64,000 nt of DNA, taken from assembly GCA_030704615.1 (NCBI GenBank), contig CM060731.1, positions 22,630,001 to 22,694,000 on the forward strand, written 5' to 3'. Every line of letters begins with the position of its first letter. Within the stretch, counting starts at the first letter, position 1. Under the pieces are notes generated by a model that saw nothing but the letters and a program-made list of their open reading frames with translations, searched no databases and was not told where the DNA came from. The position numbers were made by a program, and so were the translations under genes. The DNA is from Takakia lepidozioides. Taxonomy: Eukaryota > Plantae > Bryophyta. Positions 38,370 through 50,079 of the stretch are shown here, in pieces.

Positions 38370-41220
38370 CACAATGTGATGATGTCAGGGCACTTTAGGA
38401 CAGGACGTCTTCAAGAGGCCCTGCAAATCTTAAAAGGTGATATTACTGCAGACAATGAAACTTATGCTGTCTCCTGCAGGAGTGCATCAAGATGAAAGGC
38501 CTAGCAGAGAGAAAGCAGGTGCATGCCATCATCCTCCAAAGTGCAGTCAAGCCAAACATCTCTCTTTACAATACCCTTGTCAACATGTATGCCAAGAGTT
38601 GGAGCATGGTAGAGTTGGAGCATGGTAGATGCACGCCAAGTGTTTGACAAAATGCCTGACGAGATATGTTTACACGGACTGTAAAGTTGGGGCAGGATAT
38701 ACGAAGCATGGGTATGGTAGGGAGGCTTTCAAGATCATGAGATGATACATGAAGTCTTGACACCTGACAAATTCACTTGCATTCTCAAGGTGTGTGCCAG
38801 CTTGGCAGCCTGGGAATGGGCAAAGAGGTCCATGCTGACATCACGAAAGCTGGACTTGAACCAGATGTAATTCTGGAGAATACCCTTATCGATGTGTATG
38901 CCAAATGCGGCAGCTTACGCAAATTGTTCAATAATACAGCTAAGCAAGATGTGGTGTCATGGAACACAATGATAGCAGGATACGCTCAGCATGGGTGTGG
39001 TAGGCAAGCTTTGGACTGATACAGACAGACATGATGCCCAACAAGGTCACTTTCATCTGCATTCTCAATGCATGCGCGAACTTGGGAGCCCTGGATAAAG
39101 GCATAGAGGTCAATGCTGATATCATGAAATCTGGAATAGCGCCAGGTATCATTCTGGACACTGCCCTTGTTGACATGTATGCCAAATGTGGGAGCAAACA
39201 TATATGGGAGACAACGAACAAAGTTATTTCATTTGCATTCTCAATGCGTGTGTCAGCCTGGCTGCTCTGGAAAGGGGTGAAGGGGTTCATGCAAACATCA
39301 TTAAAGTTGGGATTCCTCCGGATATCATTCTGGAGACCACTCTTGTGGACATGTATTCCAAGTGTGGGAGCTTGAAGGATGCACGTCAAGTATTTGACAA
39401 TATGGTTCACCAAAATGTGGTCTCATGGAGCGCACTCATTGCAGGGTATGCTCAGCATGGGTGTGGCACAGAAGCTTTCGAGACCTATGAGCAAATGATA
39501 TTGGAACAGCTGAGGCCCGACATGGTCACATTCATTTACATTCTCAATGCATGTGCCACATTATGAGCTCTTGGAAAAGGCAAAGAGGTCCATGCTGACA
39601 TCATCAAAGTTGGAATCGGGCCAGATATCATTCTGGACACTGCTCTTGTTGCTATGTATACCAAATGCAGCAGTGTAAAGGATGCGTGTTATGTATTAGA
39701 TGGCTAGACGAGATGTGGTCACCTGGAGCGCAATGATCACAGCATATGCAGAGCATGGGTATGGTAGTGAGGCTTTTGAAATGTATGAGCTTATGATAAA
39801 GGAGGGGGTGACTCCTAACAATGTCACGGTTATTTGCATTCTCAAAGCTCGTGCTACCCTGGCAGCCCTGGAAAAGGCATAGTATTCCCCAGCCAGCTTC
39901 GCCATTGACTCGGGTTCGGAGGTAAGAGCACCGATCCATGCTGACATCATCAAAGCTGGAATTGCGCAAGATAATGGTTGGGTTCTTTCTTGTAACTCAA
40001 TTGCACAGTCATAATGTCCATGTTTTGGCAATATGTCTGCATTTTTTTTCTCAAAGACATCTTTGAAATCTTGATATTGAGAGTGTAATGTTGAAGTACC
40101 TTTGTCTGTCTTGATCGGAGTCGCATAAAGTGCAAATGCCGCCTCCTTTTTGGTAGCTCTCATGAAAGTTCTAGCTCCAAAGAACAGGGGTTGAATACCT
40201 TTGATATTTCTACATTTTTGTCTTGTAGAAATTTTTCGCGATCGCCAATCGATGTCGGGATTGTGAAGTACAAACCTTCGTAAACATGTAGGCCAAATGT
40301 GAACGATGCACTTCTAGTGTCCAGCAATATGACTGAGCAAGATGTTCTCTCATGGAATGCAATGATCACAGGATATGCTCAGCATGGCTGTGGGAGGGAG
40401 GCCCTCCAACTATTTGACCAAATGCAACAGGAATGCTGGAAACCAGACTGTATCAGCAGTACTTATGTTCTCTTGGCTTGTAGCCATGTGGGCCTAGTAG
40501 ATGATGCTAGTCACTACCTCAATTCCACGAGTCCATGAGTCGAGATCATGGCATCACACCTACAGTTGAGCATTTTAGCTGCATGGTCGACCTTCTTGAC
40601 CGTGCAGGGCGATTGGACGAGGCTGAGGATTTCACTAGGAAAATGCCGATTGAACCAGGTGGTAGAGTGTGGGGGGCCTTGCTTGGGGCCTGCAGAATTG
40701 ATGCCAATGTGGACGTTCCAACTTATGTCCTGATATCAAACATCTATGCCACATCTGACAGGTGGGATGACAGAGCACAGGTCAGGAAAATGATGCGGGA
40801 CAGAGGTGTCAGAAAGACACCAGGGTACAGCTGTAACACAGTTGACAACCAGGTGCATACTTCCTAGCAGAAGACAAAATGCATCCACAAAAAAATCCAT
40901 GCTCAGCTGAAGCGATTGACTGGTTGAAGGATTCTGGGTACTAGCCAGAGATGTGCTATGAATGAAGTGGAGGTGGAGCAAAAGGAATTTTCTCTTTGCC
41001 ACCACAGTGAGAAGCTGGCCATTGCTTTTGGCCTCATCAGCATACCCCCTGGAACACCTCTCCGTGTCATCAAGAACCTTCGGGTGTGTGGTGACTTCGG
41101 GTGTGTGGTGACTGCCACACTGCTGCCAAATTTATCTCAAAGATTGCTCTCCAAGCCATTGTCGTATGGGATGCAAACCGCTTCGAAAATGGAGTTTGTT
41201 CTTGTGGAGATTACCGGTAA
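38370..41220 (+). pseudogene. PLS-DYW PPR pseudogene
   Basis: Repeated DVVSWN/SWSALIAGYAQHG, VTFICILNAC and TALVDMYAKCGS motifs across shifting frames with stops. DYW remnant [12 protein letters not shown]. The CxxC is broken by a 17-bp duplication, and the protein ends [12 protein letters not shown]. Confidence 0.92.
39966..40298 (-). mobile_element. Short Gypsy pol fragment (pre-RT linker) inserted in the PPR pseudogene
   Basis: QYQDFKDVFEKKNADILPKHGHYDCAIELQERTQP is the typical Ty3/Gypsy segment just before RT. It sits between PPR pieces IIKAGI and VNDALLVSS. Confidence 0.75.
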
Positions 41221-41795
41221 AAATGAGTAACATGCATGGGAAAAAGCATATTGCTTTGAAAACATCAGGGTGGGTGTAGGTCATGATGTCCTCACTGTTG
41301 TAAGAGTAAAGCCAAAAGAAATAATGGTGATTGAATACAACAGTTCCAACAAAGAAATCCTGGTAGCACTACCTTTGCAGGTAACACTAATTTTCTCACA
41401 CTTCTGAGTGGTGTGTCTGGATTGCATGATGGTAGTTTTCTTGGGAATACCTTTAGCACAGGTAGGCCAATTACACCATTTTCCCACAAAATACAATCCT
41501 GTTCAAGAGCTTGAGGGATGGGTTAGTTGCTATGAAAAGTACCACACTTCAACTCATAGTACTGTACTTCACTGAGAGCACCACCTGCCAACAATTCTCA
41601 CTTAAGGGCAGAATGTACCACTCAGTGACATGCAATGGTACCACCTATGTGAGAGTGAAATCTGGTCATTATAGCATCTGCTCCACCTTGGCATTAACTT
41701 TTTCCCACAACCACCTTCCGGAATTGGGCTTGCTACACAGTTGATTGTAGAAGATTTTAGGGGTAATTTGAATAACACGAAGAGCAACCAAATAG

Positions 41796-44738
41796 CTATG
41801 ATCGCATTGTGTTGAGAAGCACTCCTGCCATGACTAAAACAGCACCACCTTGAATGTAAGCCCGCCCAGCCCCCTCATCCACCCGCACTAAGAATTTGCC
41901 TCCACGCTTTGAAGCCTGTACCATATTATCCCACTGACTCCCGTTAAGTTGACAGAAGCTGCAGGCCTAATGGCTGACCCAAAAGGCTGAGATGGAGCTT
42001 CCATCATGTCATGGCTAGGAACCAGAAAGGAAAACTAGGAGTTTGCAGTCCAAGAAACAATAGGGAAGGGAGAGCTCCATTTTTAGGCAGTGCTTACCGT
42101 AGTCCAGGTAGAAGGGACAAAAACTAAGTTAGCAAGAGACTGACTAACAGGACTGCTTACTTGGTAAGCCGTGAGCTCCTTCTTGCCAAGTTTGGCAGCC
42201 CAGTATGGACCCAATGTGCAATGAGCACTCCCTGTGGCTGGATCCTGGTAACACACATTCACATACACAGATTCTTGCTTTTTCAAATATGCTGTTCTTA
42301 AAAAGTCATGTAAACATCCCACCCATCTGCTATTACTTGGACAAGATGTTGCTCACAGAATACTTTATTGACTAGCCAAGAATGCATGGCCTTCTGCACG
42401 GCCAGACCACCTGTCCCATTTAGAACTGCAAAAAGGAAAGAAAATAGTTTCGTTCCAATGAAACAGCATATCATCGAGGACACCAACACCACATCACACT
42501 TAAGTGAAGACTTCCACAAACACGACAGCCATCAATGCTTTGCATACCTCAGATATTCCATTTTTGGGGCAAAAAAAACGTGACACGAAGTCAAATTCAC
42601 TATCTTCAGCTGCGCGTGCCGTCACAATGACACCCCCCCGACCACTGAGATCCAGCATTTTGTCTAATTGAGGCTTTACGCTTTCCACATCTTCATTTGA
42701 AGGTATTTCCACCTTTGCATGTCCACAAGTGAAATGGGTTAGAGGCAATAGACAGATTTTACACCTTTACCTTTAATCTCTATGCATATGTATTCAATGC
42801 CACAGCACCGGATGCAAAGAAACGCACAACCACATAAAAGTATCCACTATTTGCTAAGATAGCAGCTCATTTCTATCATCCACCAACTTCCAAGGTAGAA
42901 AGCAGACAGGGGATAAGGGGTTTGATCATACATTCCCATAGTTAACTCTCCCTGCACATGCAAGCACCCCCACCCTGTTGCTTGTGTGCATGACTCAAGT
43001 ATTAGTCTGTGTTTGTGTTAGAGATCTAAAGATGAAAGGGAGTACCAGGTAGTCACCCAAGCTGCTTTGTCCAATCCATGTAACTGTAATACCTCCAAGA
43101 GCATCAGAGAGAAGAGAAGCATCATTGCAGGCCACGGCAGGCACCAGCGGGAAGTCAACCTCAACAACACCTTTGCCTGCTGGCCGCTTTTTCTTAAGTG
43201 GCTTCTCTTCCACCTCTGAAGGTGGCTCCTCATCCTCTTCGTAGCCAGAAACCTTAGTGGCTTTGAGCACTCCTGATCTTGTGTGAAACAGTGCTGTGTC
43301 CCCCTCCACAATGCCAGATACAAACAGCAGATGGGCAGATGCAATAGTGGCATGCCCACAAAGATCCACCTGCGGACCATACTCATCAGTCACTATCCTT
43401 CTACACACAAGTGTACCCTCTCTGATACAGTTTCTCCCACCTCAACTCCCGATATAGACATAAATAACCAACACACTCTAGAAGTGCAACGCAACAAAGA
43501 GGAAGGGAACCCCATCAGACTGCATAGGAAATTAGTTGAATCAGCTGACAGCCAAGGGTATATGCTAGAACATGCCAAAAGATGCATGTGGGCGTGTGTA
43601 AGCATGAGAAACATTTGGTAGCATGAATTTGCATACCTCAACAATAGGGGTGAACCAGCGTAGGTCAAACTCATTCTCCACAGGTGCCATGTTCTTCTTC
43701 ACAGCTTTCAGACGCTTACCACTTTCATCCACCTCCAGGAATGAATTGCCTTTGCCTTCTTTCCGTGTAGAACGTCTCTTTACCAGAAATGCAGTCTCGG
43801 ACAGATTAAATTCACGGGCAATAAGTTGCAGCCAGGCATCATCCTTTTCATATGGGAGATAACACACTGCAGCTGGATTGCCAGAAAATGGGCGATCTGT
43901 GAACGCATTTATCTACATTCCAGTTGCTTGGATCAGAGCAAAAGAGCAAGATCATCAAAGAGGGGCCGAAGGGCAGCCAGAGCAGTGCTTCGCATTGAAG
44001 AGACCACCCAACAACCGACTCATAGAAAGAAATGCCATAATGAGGGGGAGAGGGAGAGAGACAGAGACAGAGAGAGGGAACACAAGAAATATTATGCTTT
44101 AGAATAACATAAACCCTTGCGCCTAAACCCCTGACTAGAAACCATCAAACACTTGACTTATTTCCTGCTTATCCGGATCAAGAGAGCCTGTCAAAACATC
44201 ATGTCAACGTCGAACTAAGACACCGTTACTGTACAGTGTATAAAGAACAGCAAAAAGATGTAGAGGATGAGGAGACCTGCGCATAATCAATTTCCGCAAA
44301 GAGCTCCTCTTCAATATTGTACTTGTGGGCAGCCTCCTCCAGGTCCTCCTCTGTGAGCCGTTGCATCACCTCCTGCATCACGCGCTCTCTGGTCAATCCC
44401 TCCGGCGATCCATCCATGGTCCCTTCCGCGATCTCAGCCTCTTCATCCTCCACCGACGCTGCTGACGATGCCGAATCCGCGGCAGACACGCAGGCCCTCT
44501 GCGACGACATCTTAGATGGCATCAAGAAGGGCACTGATCTCCTCAACCCAGCTGGGGACAAATTCCGGGCCCTGCCTAGTCGCTGAGGAGCAAACACAGC
44601 AGACAATGTGTCCACAGCCTGACAATTGCCAGAACGGTGCAACTGAGCACAAGAATGGCGCCAAACAGAGGAAGCTGCTGAATCTTGCAGAAACTGGGTT
44701 TTCGAGAATCCCATGCTGGAGGCAGCCAGCCGTGCCAT
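41796..44738 (-). CDS. PhzF/PhzC-family (DAP-epimerase fold) protein with N-terminal transit-peptide-like extension; 6 exons at approx. 44738-44277, 43912-43637, 43369-43047, 42712-42548, 42244-42161, 41916-41796
   Basis: INAFTDRPFSGNPAAVC, AREFNLSETAFL, LRWFTPIVE|VDLCGHAT, FHTRSGVL, DFVSRFFCPKNGISE|DPATGSAHCTLGPYW, AYQ|ASKRGG...GGAVLVMAG. Confidence 0.92.
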
Positions 44739-45077
44739 TTCTGGCTGCACTGAATTCTGGCTTCAATACCTGCGGAGCAACAATCCACACACCTTGACAA
44801 CTTCAGCAAACAGAGAAGAAGCCCTTGAAATAGTTAATAGCAGTGAAGCTGGATCTTGTTGCTTGAGAATCCAAGAGGAATCGGGCACAGTGGGCGACAA
44901 TGCCCAGAGAACCTTGGCCGTCTTGTTAGGCAGTACTCATCCCACCAAATAAGCAAGAGAGAGCACGTATACATCACTGCCTGTGTGTGTCTTGCCTCTA
45001 TTCTATGCGACTTTGTTTTTGGGTGGGGGGGTTCATGTGTCATATCCTCACAACGAGCTGGGTGGAATTGGAATACC

Positions 45078-45912
45078 CTAGTGGGTCTGCCGGGCAAGCA
45101 AGTCTGTTGCTGGGTCTACTGGGCAGGCAGGTCTGCTGCGGTAGGTCCCAACCAGTGTTGGACTGGTATATAATATTGGTATATGCACTGGTATTAGATA
45201 CCAGACCAGTCTGGTATCATTTGGGAGAATACTTGGTCATATTCCAGACCAGGCTGGTATGAGTTCTTTCATACCAGCCACAATACCAGTACTCGCCCAA
45301 CCGACTTCCTCATTTACTCTGGTATGTATACTGAATTAATTTATGTATACATATGAATATTTGTACTTAAGTATATTTACTTCTTTATGTATATTTTAAT
45401 TATTTTCACTTGATACTTGCCATTTGATAAATCTGTAACCCAAGATGGCTTTGGAATGATACCGGAGTTGATATCTCATACCAGCTGGTATTGTGGTCAT
45501 GATACTCATACCAGTGTCTGGAAAAAAACACATCCACCATTATATAGACCAGATTGGTATGAAAGTTTTGTGATACGTCTGGTACCAGGACCAGTCTCGT
45601 ATTGTGAAAAACTTGATACCAGTCCAACACTGGTCCCAACGTCCCAACCAAGAGGGACTTGCCTACATGCTCTAGTAATGCACAAAAAAATTAGTAATTT
45701 CCAAGGTTTGTAGAAAGCAGCGGGTATTGGCCAATGATTTTTTATTATATCGTAGTGGGTCTGCCGGGCAAGCAGGTCTGTTGCTAGGTATACTGGGCAG
45801 GCAAGTCTGCTGCGGGAGGTCCCAACATCCTAACCAAGAGGGACCTGCCTACAGGCTCTAGTAATGCACATAAAAAATTAGTTATTTCCAAGGTTTGTAG
45901 GAAGGGTATTGG
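45078..45912. repeat. Two tandem ~155-bp units, the first interrupted by the MITE
   Basis: GTGGGTCTGCCGGGCAAGCA...GGTCCCAAC...CCAAGAGGGAC...TTTCCAAGGTTTGTAG occurs at 45081-45152 plus 45641-45732, and intact at 45755-45912. Confidence 0.85.
45153..45632. mobile_element. 480-bp non-autonomous hAT-type MITE
   Basis: Perfect 17-bp TIR CAGTGTTGGACTGGTAT / ATACCAGTCCAACACTG. 8-bp TSD GTCCCAAC at 45145-45152 and 45633-45640. Internal ATACCAG/CTGGTAT motif repeats. Confidence 0.9.
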
Positions 45913-46939
45913 CTTAATTATAGCGTCTTCAATGCGCATGTGGGCCCCGCCAGTACGGCCCATGAGATTAGCTCATAAGCCCACCGGCCACCCAGGGTCC
46001 ATTGGATAGTCTAGTCTGTTCTAGAGAGTCTCCTGAAGGGTCCACTTTGCAAGTCCGTTGGAGGGTCCACTCTACGTGGACTGTGTCCACTCGCCCAGTC
46101 CGTTGGAGGGTCTGCCCAATCCGCTGGAAGGTCCGCCACCGTAAAACAACAAGACTTTTAGAAAGAACCTTTATGCAAAAACATATAATCAATAGTACGG
46201 GGCAATATTCATATATTCTCCCCATATGAAATGGAAAAAACAAATATTGATGGCTCTCATTTTAGATTAATTGGGTCTTAAATTTTCACGTGTGGGCCAG
46301 GCACTGCACGGACCTACGGACGCAGGGTCACCCCACCTTTCCGTGCGACCACCCGGCGGGTCTGCTCGGGTCTGCTCGCCGTGCCGGGTCTGCCCGCCCT
46401 TGGGTCTACTCAGGTGTGCTCGCCCCGCGCAAACTTCGCCTTGGGACTCATAAATTTTTTCGGGAAAATCGTCCACAAAAGACCTCCATTAATACACATT
46501 CAGCATGAGCCGGAGGTGAACCTAGAACCACAGGGACACCATTCAATGCGCCTAACCACCACACTACCCGTTGCTTGCTTCTAAGTCGACAACTTTTTAT
46601 CCCTTATCCTAGAAAATTGCCCCATTTAGCCCAATCATAGCCGGGGATGGTGGACCCACCTTTGCAGTAGACCCTATGTCGGCATACTGGGGCCGGGTCA
46701 AGGCCGGCAGACCCCACCTGAGCAGGACCCCCCCCCCCCCCGCCTGGACTGGGGGGGGGACCCAAGGCGACCCGCGCCCGTGCGTGGGCCCCTGCCTCGC
46801 ACACACGTGCACCTTAAACTCCCAATTATTCAACAATGAGAAGCAATATTGATACCCTACTGATATACATCCATAATTTTATGTTATTGATACCCCTCCT
46901 ATACCTACCCTTCCATACCAATATTGGGAAATGTGAGCC

Positions 46940-46999
46940 CTTGTGATACCAAGACCAGTCTGGTATCATATTTTCATGCCAGATACCAGTCCGACATTG
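46940..46999. mobile_element. Right end of a second, decayed copy of the same MITE
   Basis: GACCAGTCTGGTATC...ATACCAGTCCGACATTG resembles the MITE TIR and subterminal motif. Confidence 0.5.
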
Positions 47000-47129
47000 G
47001 TTTTCACCTCAATGTAAAATAATAACAATAAATTAAATGCAAGAAACAAATGCCAAAAGATAAAAATTAAAAAAAAATCGGATAAAATTGAAATTGGAGG
47101 GATAAATCTGAAGGGAACTGAATATAATG

Positions 47130-47337
47130 GATTTTTTATTTTTTCCTATTTTTAAAGGAAACATCTGGCAGCGACAGCTCACAAATCAGGCCCCTTTATG
47201 AGAGGAGAAAATAACCTCTTTCATGGGACACCGCCCACGGAAGGGGGAAGAAACACACACACCCGTCAAGATAGCAAGATTTGACCCCAGAATCCTTTGG
47301 GCCGCACTCAATGCACTATCCAACTGAGCTATTGACT
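47130..47337 (-). mobile_element. tRNA-derived SINE, family 2
   Basis: The minus strand has A box TAGCTCAGTTGG, a B-box-like GGGGTCAAATC, an unrelated body and an A-rich tail. It interrupts a GGGATAAATCTGAAGGGAACTGAATATAAT repeat. Confidence 0.55.
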
Positions 47338-47409
47338 ATTGGTGTGGAGTTCAATCTGTTAAATTTGAAAAGAACTGAATTGGAAGTCTGCATTACGATA
47401 AAACTGAGA

Positions 47410-47522
47410 GAAAATGAGTATAATAGAGCTGAAGGGGTAAATCTGAAGGAAATTGAATATATTAGAACTAAAGGGATAATTCTGAAGGGAACTGAATATA
47501 ATAGAACTGAAGGGATAAATAA
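47410..47522. repeat. ~37-bp tandem minisatellite
   Basis: About 3 copies of GAATATAATAGAACTGAAGGGATAAATCTGAAGGGAACT, with another unit at ~47098-47128. Confidence 0.75.
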
Positions 47523-47912
47523 GTTATGATAGAATGGGTAACAATAGAGGGATGAGAATCTAGAGTATACTGAAAACGTCTACTTGAAAGTGGAAGGGAC
47601 TCCCCAAGAGAGCAACGTGTAAGGGCTCCTTCATCTCTCTCGACATTATTTCAACCTACCCCAACAGCACAGTGCTCTTCCTAAGTAGACTTTCGGCCCT
47701 ACTCTAGTGAGATTTCGATACCTAGGATGAGACGTTTTCAAGCTATCAAAGTTCATTATTAATTCAACAAAATTGTGCCCCACAAGTTTGTTCATCTTCT
47801 CTTCTTCCCCACACTCCTTTCAGTTTTTTTTTTTCTCAAAAACTACTCAAGACAAGCTCTATAGCGAGCCTTGGCACCCATGGCGCCTCAAATCCACTAG
47901 AATCTCAAGACC

Positions 47913-48091
47913 TCAAAAAAAGTATGACGCCTCCCGAAAGGAGCGTAACTTATGGTGTCACTTCACCACAAGGGCTACTACTTTCCAGCTGAAATGTGGA
48001 CACCTTCATGACACACCATACCGTGGTTTGAACCCACAACCACATCCAACGTGGTATGTGCCCATTACCACTGGGCTATACGCTGGTTGTC
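47913..48091 (-). mobile_element. tRNA-derived SINE, family 1, full copy D
   Basis: The minus strand has GACAACCAGCGTA-TAGCCCAGTGG (consensus A box), GGTTCAAACC (B box) and a T-run tail. CTCAAGA is repeated at both flanks. Confidence 0.8.
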
Positions 48092-48635
48092 TCAAGAAAC
48101 CCTATTTTAACTAATTCTGGACTTTTGGCTTAAATCCGGACCAAACTTCATATATACTTTAATTAAAATTAATTCAAATGTTAATAATATCATGGTGTAA
48201 TGTGTGATTGAACTTTGTGAAATTACAGGTGATGTCATACTTGCTTCAAAATGTGACATATAAGATGTCCATTTGACATTGAAGTGCTTGTGAAGTTGCA
48301 GTACTGATCAGTTCATTGAACGTCCACTGGGTCGAATGATGTAATATTACATTATGTAATCACGATAAACAAATGTGTCGAATCGAACATGGAATAGACT
48401 CCTACTCTACCATACTCGATATAACTGGATAGTAATTTTGATTGAATCTTCATGTTGACAAGCACAATATTCAGAGACAATGCCATTGGAATGATGTTTT
48501 GGGTGTGAGAAGGGCAGTAAAATATTAAAATAGCTTGAAACATTAGGAAGATGACCTACTAGGGTAGTAAAATAAGGATTGGGGTGTAATTAGATATATT
48601 AAGTGCAGTAAGGTCCAAGTTTGTGGTGAGGAGAA

Positions 48636-48955
48636 GGGTTTAGGGTTTGGATTTAGGGTAGAAAGAGAGAAACAAATATGGAAGACTCACCTCCGTAGAA
48701 TGTAAAAATGTAAGGGGAATTTGATATTCATGTAATCATTATATCATACATATCCAACAAAATTAAAGAAAACATTAAAAGAGAATGATACATTTACAAG
48801 AGGTAACATGGTAGTACAATAAGGTTTGGAGTTTAAGTAGGGTACTGCACTAAGGTTGTTGGTATATGGTAAGAGTAATGGTTTAGGGTGCTAAGGGTAA
48901 GGATTAAGGGAAGGGTAAAGGGAAGGGTAAGGGTTTAGGGTTTGGATTTAGGGTA
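48636..48955 (+). repeat. Degenerate telomere-like TTTAGGG/TAAGGG patches
   Basis: GGGTTTAGGGTTTGGATTTAGGGTAG occurs twice (~48636 and ~48931), plus AAGGGT units. Confidence 0.5.
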
Positions 48956-49072
48956 GAAAAGGACAAAGTTTTTGAAATGATGGGGCAAACTATGGTGCTT
49001 TCATGATATGATTGACCTGGAATCCCACCCTCCACCCTGTTTTTTCAGAACCCTGAAATGTAATGGGGTATT

Positions 49073-50041
49073 TGTCGCGCGGCTTTTACTCACCCATCCC
49101 TTCGCTATCCGAGGCGGAAACTCCAAGATAGAAGAGTTGGAAATCTCTAAGTACTCAGCCCGCGCAGAACAATCAGTCATGACCTACAGCTAGTGTATCA
49201 TGGGGGTGTTTCCTATTTGTTTCCTTTTCCGCATTCATCTTAGCTACCTTACCATTGATAATTAAGTATCAGTTTGCTTCATCAATTTTATCGGTTTCCT
49301 TCACTCCTCCATTCAATCCACAGCTTCACTCAGATCTCTCTACACAGTGTGATTGTATCGTATAAGTATCAGATTATGATTTATCAGGTATCAGGCCGAA
49401 GCCATTGTGTCTCTATTCTCCTCTACAATATCCCTACAGCTTTGCATATAACAAGCATCTACTAATCCTCTTTCCTCCTTCATCGTGCTCACCGACTTCC
49501 GCTCCCGCCTGACTCCCAAGTCCTCCCCGAATAATGATAACCTCCCCTATCATTCCCCGTTCTTCCCTTTATCCTCCTATCCGCGTTCTAACCGTTTCCC
49601 TCTCTAACCGTCGTATGTGAACTAACATGTTCCCTTCACTGGTGTTGTTCCCCACAGTCGTTCCCTGTCCTACTCTTCGTTCCCTATTATCGTGACAGCT
49701 GTGTCAAGCGGTGACTGGCTGTGTTTGGCTGTGTGTTGGCTGTGACTGGCTGTGTGGCTGTGTCTGCTGTGACTGTGGGCTGTGTGGGCTGTGTGGCTGT
49801 GACTGCTGTGTGGGCTGTGTGCTGTGACGGCTGTGTGGGCTGTGACTGTGTGTCGGCTGTGTGGCTGTGTGGCTGTGACGGCTGTGTGGGCTGTGACTGT
49901 GTGGGCTGTGTTGGCTTGTAACCCCCCTCTACAGTGCGCTGCTGTCACCCCTAAGGTTCCTGTTTGTCTCAGTCTGTGCAAAAATTAAGGGTACCCTACA
50001 GATCCCGTATAAGTGTCTAAGTCCCCTACAGTCCTCTAACA
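49073..50041 (-). repeat. 3' LTR (969 bp)
   Basis: TGTCGCGCGG...CTCTAACA, near-identical to 61363-62327. Contains a GCTGTG array at ~49697-49912. Confidence 0.96.
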
Positions 50042-50044
50042 TTA

Positions 50045-50058
50045 CCCCTTCCCCCCTC
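50045..50058 (-). promoter_or_regulatory. Polypurine tract
   Basis: Minus strand GAGGGGGGAAGGGG, 3 nt before the 3' LTR. Confidence 0.9.
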
Positions 50059-50079
50059 AAAAAGCCGTGTCCTCACGGT

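Noticed and set aside
48020-48091. Functional tRNA gene
   Set aside because: A and B boxes are present but no convincing cloverleaf. It continues into a shared body and tail, so it is a SINE head.
48636-48955. True telomere or interstitial telomeric array
   Set aside because: Only a few scattered degenerate units.
49670-49981. Low-complexity His/Thr/Ala or Cys/Val/Gly ORFs (also 61965-62347 and 54230-54634)
   Set aside because: They are translations of the GCTGTG arrays.
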